Shown here piece after piece: positions 53,740-64,000 of a DNA stretch of 64,000 nucleotides. Both the position numbers and the translations under genes were made by a program. Position 1 is the stretch's first letter, and each line of letters begins with the position of its first letter. The notes below the pieces were generated by a model. It was not told where the DNA came from. It saw only the letters and a list, made by a program, of their open reading frames with translations, and made no database searches. Origin of the DNA: Eledone cirrhosa (taxonomy: Eukaryota); contig OZ024756.1 in assembly GCA_964016885.1 (NCBI GenBank), forward strand, positions 38,192,001 to 38,256,000, given 5' to 3'.

Positions 53740-54195
53740 ACTTTCCAAAGAAACAATTATTGCAGTTAATTATTATAAAGGAGTAGAGTAACATTAACCG
53801 AGTATATAGTTATGGCCCTTTATGTTCTGAGTTCAAATCACACATTGCTTGTTCACCCCACCTCCTTTCAGGAAATCTATAATATATGTCTTCATCATCG
53901 TCATAATTATTATCATCATTATTATCAGTATGGTGGATTGACAATACCATAGAGTACCTTGTGGTATTTTGTTTCAGCTTTTTACTTGCAAATTTCACCC
54001 AATGTCTTTCTGAGTATCGATAAAATAAAGTACCAGTCAAATACTGGGGTTGATATAATATAACCAAATCCCCACACACCACAACCCACACTCAAAATTA
54101 TTCTCCTTGTGCCTGAATTAGAAACCAATATTATTTTATTATTTTTTTTTTATTATTACTATTATTATTATTATTATTATTGTTGCATGTGTATG

Positions 54196-54228
<33 letters not shown>

Positions 54229-55285
54229 GCATGCACATTTGTCTGTGAATGCGTGTGAGAGTGCCTGAGTGTGGTGTGTGTGTGTATGAGAGAGAGCACA
54301 CGTCTATATGTGAAATTATCCAATATAGAAGAAGAAAAAAAATGTAAAATAACCCCCCCCCCCCCCCCCCCCCCCCCAGAAAACTCAAGCACCACATTTC
54401 ATTGATTAATGCTTTTAGTTGTTGTTGTAATTTATTTGATCTTGATGATGATGATGATGATAACTTGTCGCACAGTATTATGGTTGAGAAGGGGAGAGGG
54501 AGAGGGAGAGAATATGACGAATCACAAAGCACTTTGTCATACATTCTTCGTTTGCTTAGATCATACATCCTTTCATATATACACACACACACCTTTCCTG
54601 AGAAAGAAAGGAAGAGTGTGTGTATGTTGCATAGAAAGTGAGGGAGATAGGTTGAATAAAATGTATATATATATGTTCCTTCCCCCCCCCCCCCTCTTTT
54701 TTTTTCTTTTACCTATGTCACACCTGCTCTGGTTAAGATTTCATTTGTTTCGCAGAGTAAGTAAAGTGCATTCACACACATACATGCACACATATATATA
54801 TATATAATAATAAAGAAAATGTGTATATACACATATGAACATTTCAAATACACACACACTATATTTTATATAATCTATTATATATATATATATATAGTGT
54901 GTGTGTGTGTGTATGTGTATATATAATGTGTGTGTGTGTGTATGTGTATATATAATGTGTGTGTGTGTGTATATATATATATATGAAGTGCAGGCACAAT
55001 CTCCCCCATCAATATATAAGGCCACATCAATGAAGTTACATCAGCTGTAAAAATGTCTAAATGAATAATAATAAGTAATAATTGTTTCTACTTTTTGGCA
55101 CAAGGCCAGCAATTATCCCAGTGTATTACTGGTACTTTATTTTATCGACCCCGTAAGGATGACAGGCAAAGTTAACCTCGGCGGGATTTGAACTCAGAAT
55201 GGCAAGGGCCGTAACTCTGCGTCAAAGTAATAATGGAGCTAAGCTTTTGTCACATTTTAAGTTGGTATTAGCTACTGTTACTGTT

Positions 55286-55340
<55 letters not shown>

Positions 55341-56425
55341 ATACCTCACAGTAGCCTGACTACTTTACCAACTAGCTTAGCGCACTCACTCTCTTTCTCT
55401 GTCTGTCCCCTCTCCTCTAGCTATCTCTCTATCTCTTCCTGTCCCTCTCACTCCCCTCTTTCTCTTTCCCCCTCTCTCTATCTCTCTCTCTCTCTGCACC
55501 TTCACCTCCTCTAGCTGTGAAGCTTGTTTTTCATTAAACCTTCATGGCTTACTATTGTACACTGTGACATCACACCCTCTTCACATTTCTGTAAAGCTGG
55601 CCTAGCGTGGCATGGTCTGGCCTCACATACATACACATTCAAACAGTTTTTTTATCAAGCATGATAATACTACAACTACTAATGGTTTGTTTTATTGGCC
55701 ACAAGGGGTGCAGAATGTCGGGGACAGGTCAAGGACAAAAAAATAAATCGATACAACAGAAAATGGGGTTTACATCAAGCAAAATGACGGGGAACATCAA
55801 TAAAGGGATAATAACAGTAAATATATATTGATATTGATAATGATAATAATAATAATAATTGTTTCTACTTTTGGCACAAGGCCAGCAATTACCCAGTGTA
55901 TTACTGGTACTTTATAATGATAAGATTTTGGAGAAGGTGACAATGAAATGATTGTGGTATTTTAGATGTAGAAATAAAATAAAAACCTATTTAGTATCAT
56001 TTCTTGTATGATTAAAATAAGGAGGAGGGAAGCATTCACCAGCCATCTTTATACAATATAAAATTATGTAATAAATACAGAAACAGATTGTCATGTAAAA
56101 TAATTGTCCTTTTTTTTCATATATAGTTATTTAAAAATCATTATATAATGTTATAATGCTTGAAATTCTAGTCTAATGTGAATATTTACTGCATCATAAG
56201 GAATAGAGAATATATATATGATATATATGTATTTTATTATAGCTGTGAAGATATAATAGTGGCTTTAGGGAAACATATTAAGTCTGCTTATATATATATA
56301 TAAGCTTCCCAGGTATATTTATGATAAAATATATTATACAACATTCTGCCTCATGTTTTGAGTTTTGTTTCTCCTGTTAGTCTAGTCAAAAAAACCTATT
56401 TAGATATTGTGTATGTATATATATA

Positions 56426-56465
<40 letters not shown>

Positions 56466-56833
56466 ATGTATATCTGAGACTAGCTTACCGTTTAGCCAGC
56501 AACCAAAATGTTCTTAATAATCACTTTGAATTTTAAAATATATATATTTTTTTTTTCTTAAGAACTCCTAGTAAATTATATCTTCTGTGTTCAAGTCAAC
56601 CATCGTATTTGAACTGCATATAAAAAAAAAATCCACGAATAATATTTCTTCTCTTCGTGTGTAGTATCATCTTTGTATGTTTTTTCCTAAAATTTTCTAG
56701 TCTGATGAGAACTACGCAAGTGCGCACACACAGACACACACACAACACACACACTCTCTCTTTCTCTCTTCTTTGGTCTCCTCCTTCTCTTTTTTTAATC
56801 TAAGTATATTCCTTCTTTCTTTCTTTCTTTCTC

Positions 56834-56865
<32 letters not shown>

Positions 56866-57370
56866 TTTTCTATGTTTCTTTATTTTTTTCCCCCTTTCTT
56901 TCGTTCTTTCAGACCAGTTGACATAGTAGCCCAATTTTAAGTACGAAGAGAATGACTGAGAATGGCTGGTGAATTAGCTTATGTAAAGCAGAGTCAGTGT
57001 CTAGTATATAGCAAGCTATACTAAGCTCTCAGTGTGTGTGTGTGTCTGTGTCTGTTAGTCTATGTGTTTCTGTCTGTGTGTCTCTGTGTGTGTGTGTTAG
57101 TCTATGTGAAAATTGTTCAACCTATTTGCTTCTTCTTTCAGTTCAGGCCTGAATATAAAATGAGAATTGACAATATGTGTTCTACTGTGATGAGGTTGTG
57201 TGGGGACAGACACATACACTAGCACACACACACACACTCATGAAGAGACCTACTTGTTGGACCTTATCACCCCACCCCTCTACATACACCTCCCTCCACC
57301 CCTACTATATTTCAACCACCACCACCACCAAAAAAAGAGAGAGACAAAACACACTCACACTCATATAATA

Positions 57371-57426
<56 letters not shown>

Positions 57427-57899
57427 GTGTGTGTAAAAATATCACTACTGCTGTGCTACTAACTCATCTTAATGAACCAGCCAGCATGTCTGCTACTAAG
57501 CATGGACAGGCATCAGACACACTCGCACACACACACACTTGCACGCACACACTCGCACAGAAGCAGGCATTGTTCGTTCTCTTGTTGATTATTACATCAT
57601 ATATTGTACTATTATTATTATTATTATCATCATTATTAGTATTATTATTACTTGGTAATATATTGCATAGAAAAACATATAATTATCATATGAACATTAT
57701 CATATGAATCAGCATAAGTATTTTTGGAAAGCTTTTGTGTGTGTGTGGTTTCTTTATATATATATACTTTTATTCTTTTAAATTCTGTTGTCGGAGTTGG
57801 GGGAGAAGGTTTCTGCTCTCTCTCTCTCTTTCTCTCTCTTGCTCTCTTTCTCTCTCTTGCTCTCTTTCTCTCTTGCTCTCTCTCTTTCTCTCTCTATTT

Positions 57900-58440
57900 C
57901 AACAACACCAGTACCGGTAGGTAACTGGCTGCAGTGCGTTTTTCGAGGAGTATGGCTTCCCCTTCCAAGAACTCTTCTTTTTTCCTAAGACGAGGTCAGA
58001 CTATACCATATATTATATCATATTTAGTTAAACCTGCAAACTTGCTCGCCCGCGCGCCCGTGGCAAGGATTTTATTAAGAGTGGCCCCCATAGAATGTGA
58101 GGGTCCACCATACTTAGTTAGCTATGACCGAATGGATTGCTACCATATATATATAAATTTATATATTTTTTCGACTGCAGCATCTGCTCGCTAGCTAGCA
58201 TGAGGAGGCCTTGTTGAATAATAATGCCTATACAAAAATGTGTTTGTCACTATGTGGTAAGTAGCAGCTAAACACAGCGTTTGAGTTTGACTACTAAAAA
58301 AGATGGCGAGGCAGACTTTTAAACTAAAAATGCCCACAACAAACGGCAGTCTGCAAATATCTAAATAATTCCATTGTATTAATAACGGTTTTGATAATCT
58401 TTTTCTATCTTCTTTTTTTTTCTGTCTTCTTCCAGATTAA
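57900..58440. promoter_or_regulatory. Unique, repeat-free non-coding island (candidate regulatory or conserved element)
   Basis: CpG cluster gcccgcgcgcccg, YY1-type AAGATGGCG near 58300, donor TG|gtaagt near 58257, acceptor near 58436. Confidence 0.3.
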
Positions 58441-58753
58441 TTAGAGATGCGTTTTTGATTACACTCGTTTTGAAATAGCCTAAATTACCTAATTATTGAC
58501 GACATAACGTTTTGTATTGAAATATATTGCATCGCTGTTTCATAATCTCTCTCTCTCTATGTAAGGTTTATTATATATATATATATACGTGTATGTATAT
58601 ATATGTACACATATATATTATCATCATCATCATCAACGGATGTTACATGATGATTAGGATGGTGATTTTATGTGTGTGTGTGTATATATATATATATGTG
58701 TATATATATTTATATATATATCATCATCATCATTTTACGTCCGCTTGTCACTG

Positions 58754-58810
<57 letters not shown>

Positions 58811-58850
58811 TCATCATTATCAACAGATGTTACACGATAAGGACTGTGAT

Positions 58851-58894
<44 letters not shown>

Positions 58895-59399
58895 CACACA
58901 TTCATACTACATTAACAATTCCTTCTAATATAGAACTCAAATAATTAACTTGCTGCCATCATCATCATCATTCATTTATTACTGAGCAGGGAAATTTGTG
59001 TTGTTTTTTAAGATGTTGGTGGTGGTTACTATATTCTTTATTTAACTTTAATAAATATGGCACACACATTTTTATATTTATATAGATACCAGCAAGAAAA
59101 CTGGACATTAAATGATTATATATATAATATATAGACGCGCACACTCACTCACTAATTTCCTTGCCCCCACAAAAAATAATTTAGTATGTGTATATATATG
59201 ACTATTTTGGGTGTTGTACTTTTAATATTAAAACATTCAAGTTGCTTTATGGTACTACTTCTCTCCCCTTCTCTAGAGAACAATTATGAAATCCAAGCGT
59301 GTGTGTGTATATATATATGTATATACTTACTCACCTGTATATGTTATTTTTCTGTGTCTATCATTGCCATATTTAAACATCAGATTGAATACACTCACA

Positions 59400-59407
59400 T
59401 ATATGTG

Positions 59408-59451
<44 letters not shown>

Positions 59452-59502
59452 GATATATTTAGATAGGTGGATACAGGTATAGTTGTGACTAAGGTTTGTG
59501 TG

Positions 59503-59579
<77 letters not shown>

Positions 59580-59965
59580 ATGTATATATACATATATGTG
59601 TGTGTGTATGTATATATACATATATATGTGTGTGTATGTATATATACATATGTGTGTGTATGTATATATACATATATATGTGTGTGTATGTATATATACA
59701 TATATATCTGTATATATATATATGTGTATGTATATGTATATATATATATGTGTATGTATATGTATATATATATATGTATATGTATATATATGTGTATGTA
59801 TATATACATATATATATGTGTGTGTATGTATATATACATATATATAAATGTATATATATATATTATGTGTATGTATATATATATACATATATGTGTGTAT
59901 GTATATATATACGTGTGTATGTATGTATGTATGTATATATATACATATATATGTGTTTATGTATG

Positions 59966-59998
<33 letters not shown>

Positions 59999-60003
59999 GT
60001 ATG
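59400..60003. repeat. (TA)n/(TG)n compound microsatellite
   Basis: Directly visible. Confidence 0.9.
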
Positions 60004-60004
60004 T

Positions 60005-60290
60005 GCCATGTACTACAAAGATGGCGGGACAAATTCTTAATCTTTCTAGTGACCTGGCATGAGGTACTCCTTTCATTTCTGTCGACAATGACTGTACATC
60101 GTAAGAAGTGTTACCATGGCGCATGCGTAGCTACCCCCATATATCCATACATCTAACCGAGAAGCCGGTGACTGCACTACCACATTGCCAAATTGTGGCC
60201 ATAGTGTTTTAATGTATGTAAAATGAGACAGCGGGGTTCCCCTTCTCATGTACACGGAGTAATTATGCATGAGTATGTGCCTGTCTGCTT
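60005..60290. promoter_or_regulatory. Candidate promoter or enhancer island
   Basis: CAAAGATGGCGG (YY1-type) near 60016 and GCGCATGCGT (NRF1-type) near 60119. Confidence 0.35.
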
Positions 60291-60876
60291 TCAGATACAT
60301 ATATATATATATATACGCATATATGTTTGTGTGTGAGTGTGAGTATATATGTGAATAGAGATTTATATATATATATATTGATAGAGAGATATTTATATTT
60401 ATATATATATACATATACACACACACACAGACTTGAAAGATATAGGTAGTTTCCTCCTCCAGGTCACTTATCAGACCATGTCATTTTATTATGAAAGAAG
60501 GGGTGGTGGAAAAAAAAAAGAAATAATTAGAAGTAAGCATCTGTTTTCTTTCTTTCTTTTTCCCTTTTCCCCTTCTTTTCTCCCTTTTCTTTTTTTTCTT
60601 CTTCTCTTTCTTCTTCGCTTCTTGTAAATGTTGTAATGGGAATAATAAGTCATTGAGGTCATGGGTTAGATCTTTACTATCTGGCATACTCTCTGCAACT
60701 CACTAAAATTCCTGTCTGGGTCATGTGTGCTCTGTTGGCAGGTAAGGGCAACAACTTGCTCTTACTCTACTCTATGTTCTCTTCTCTTCTGCTCTCTTCT
60801 CTTCTCTTCTCTTCTGCTCTGCTTTGCTTTGCGTGTTGTTATCAGCACGGGCTTTCAAATGAATAGCACTAGACAT

Positions 60877-60931
<55 letters not shown>

Positions 60932-61575
60932 ATATGTGTGTGTGTCTCTCTTCTTAAGTAATACAAAACTATTACACTATTACTTTATAATAACAGCCAA
61001 GTTAAATTACACACACACACAGGGGTACACTCAGAATTGGTTCTTGTTGGGGGCGGGGTGTGTTTTATTTTTTTAATTAATTTATTTTGTATATTTATTT
61101 AGTAGCTTGTCTGAGAAAATATTAAGCTGTAGTGAGGGGTGGGAGAGTTTGTCCTCCCACATTTATTTAAAAGAAGAAAAAAAATGTAAAAAAAAAAAAT
61201 TATTTTACTTTTGAAAAAATGTGTTGCTATTTCCAAGAAGGTTTTGAGATGACCGGGGGGGAGTTCAATTTTGGGGTCGGGTGAGAAAAAGAAAGATAGT
61301 ATGATTGAACTTTTATTTTGTGTGTAATTTCTAAGAACAAATTTTTTTTTTCTTTTTTTTTTTTTTTTTATTGGTGATTGGTAATGAGAGAGAAAGGGGT
61401 GTGCTGGGGTGTTTAAATTGGTAAATTCTATAGCTAAAACAATGTAAAGTGTGTAAATTATATGTGGATATATATGTGTATATATGTATGTGTGTGTGTG
61501 TGTATATATATATGTATAGATATGTGTATTATTACATAAACAGTTTAGTAGGTTAGTGTGTTAATTGACTGGTTA

Positions 61576-61636
<61 letters not shown>

Positions 61637-63060
61637 CATACATACAAACACACATATATACACACACACACACAGATAGTGTAATTTACTGAAAACTTTT
61701 TAATTATTAATGACAAAATATTTTCTTTAGAGAACTCATATATGTATATATATATATATATATACACACACACATATGCATATATGTATATATATATATA
61801 TATTCAACTTAAAAAATTTCTTTTTTCTTCCATGTGGATTTCAGCAGACAGACTGACTGTAGTCATTTCGAAACTGGTAGGAGTGGTGTACCAACAACGC
61901 ATGCGCATATACGACCTCTGTAGAACGACTGAAATTGGGAGATATGTGCAACGATGGCTATGTAATAGGAAAATTTAAAAGCTGTTCATTGGTGATGTAT
62001 GTAATACCAACTGATATTTATATTATATTTATATTATTATATATTTCTGCCCCCTTTTTTTAATTTCTTTGTTAACGACAACCTTAAATATTTATCGCTT
62101 ATCAATTCTAAGATTCAGAAAAGGTTCTATTTTGTGTTTCTTCAGTAATAATTAATGTTTTTTGTTTTTTTTTCTAATTGTATGAAGATTCTTCCCCCCC
62201 CCCCCCTGTAATTCTGTCATTTTTTTCTCTTTTCTTTTACAAGATTTGAAAAAAAAATCATAAGCTGTGGGTGTATGTATGTGTGCGCACACGTATGTAT
62301 ATGTGTGTGTGTGTATATAGATATATATATATGTGTTTGTGTGTGTGTATATATATACATACACACATATATGTATATAACTCAAGCATATAGTGCTATT
62401 ATATATTTCATTTATGACTTTTTTCTTCTTCTGAATATCTTAGTTTGAAATTCTTTTATATTGAGAGAAATCGAGACGTTTTACTTCTATATAGCTAAAT
62501 CTTTATATAGTCACATATACACACATACATATGTAAATGTATGTATGAAGTGCATTGAAATAGTCTACTGTGGTGTCAAGTTTTCTTCATGGCAGAAAAA
62601 CACATGCGCATTGAAAAGCTCTTAATTATTGAATTTGGTTGATATTGTTTAAAAAATCTATTTATCTACAGATACACACATTTATATATATACGTGTGTG
62701 TGTGTATATATAATAGTTAAAACCAACTAGTGTCTTAGTTTTAGATCTGTACATGTAGAGAGATGAAATGTTTTAAGTTAAACCAAATCTGTTGCATTCA
62801 CTTTGGCAGAGTTAAATTTACTCGCTGTAACTTGAGGTGTAGTAATGAATTTTTTTCAATTAATCAAACATTTTATTATTATTACTATTATTATTATTAT
62901 TATATTATTAATATATTAAAAATTTTTACTACATTTAAAAAAAATTTTTTTTTTTTTTTTACTTTTCGATAGTTAACATAAAGCTGTTCTTGATAAAAAT
63001 AAAAATGTTTGATTTGATAAATCCTTTAATTTAAATCCTTCCCGAATATTACGTATATAA

Positions 63061-63128
<68 letters not shown>

Positions 63129-63283
63129 GTGTGTGTGTATGTATGTATGTATGTGTGTGTATACATATATATTAATATATATGTGTGTGTGTATATATAT
63201 ATTAATATATGTGTGTGTGTGTGTATATATATTAATATATATGTGTGTGTGTGTGTATATATATATGTGTGTGTATATATATA

Positions 63284-63320
<37 letters not shown>

Positions 63321-64000
63321 CATAGTCTATTTTTTTTTACATTTTTGAAATTCAAAAATCGTAAAACGCACCGACTATATATTTAAATTAAAATTCTTCC
63401 TGCAACCGTTGCAACCCCCCCCCCCCCCCCATGCACCACTCTTTTACTATCCATCACATCCACCACCACCCTCTCTTTTCAACTGTTACATCATGGCTGG
63501 GTATATATATATATATATTTTCTTGTTAGTTTGTGAATTTCTTAAGGTGTTTTTTTTTCTTCTTTTTTTCCACACACCCCCTTTTTATTTAAACACTAGA
63601 AACCAGTTTTTAAAACTTTGTGATATTATATTTATATATATATATATGGTTTTTTTTATTAACGACTTTTTAAAAAATATAATGATACACATTCATTATG
63701 AACTTTTCAGTTTCGAGAAAAATTTATTTTATTTTTATTAAGTTTAGTAACATCAGCAAAAAATAGTTTTAAATAACTTTCTACATAGCTTCAACATAAT
63801 CAAATTAGTTTATTTAAGACTTTTACTTTCTTTTTTTTTTTATTAATAATTTCAGTGATATTTTATTTAAATATTTCTTTTTTTTTTCCCCTGTTGGAAA
63901 AGTCTTTATAGTTTTTGCTATAAAATATTTTGAAGAAAATGTTTTTACTATGATGAAGACAAATTTTTTATCTTTCTTTAAACAAAATATCTTGTTAAAT

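Overview
AT-rich eukaryotic DNA saturated with microsatellites; the SINE, LINE and MITE families resemble those of octopus (coleoid cephalopod), which is an inference. There is a 200-nt N gap at 8369-8568. No intact protein-coding gene is recognisable, and nearly all supplied ORFs are microsatellite translations. The window holds decayed RTE, HERO-like and L1/Tx1-like LINE pieces, several tRNA-SINE families, piggyBac-, mariner- and hAT-type MITEs, and short tandem arrays. A few splice-site-bounded, apparently non-coding exons lie on both strands around a CpG-rich spot near 22.9 kb. The main signal is a dense set of short elements carrying type I hammerhead ribozymes (HHRs), mostly embedded in (TA)n tracts. 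Seven HHRs have a complete core (50-114, 427-493, 9593-9644, 10736-10796, 14581-14648, 21725-21775, 51949-51984) and roughly ten more are half or decayed, in at least four sequence families. They show compensatory stem changes, palindromic stem III, recurrent head-to-head inverted duplications breaking inside the ribozyme, and a shared TATTGAGTAC motif about 40 nt 3' of the cleavage site. This fits non-autonomous Penelope-like or retrozyme-like elements. All folds were done by eye and repeat boundaries are approximate.
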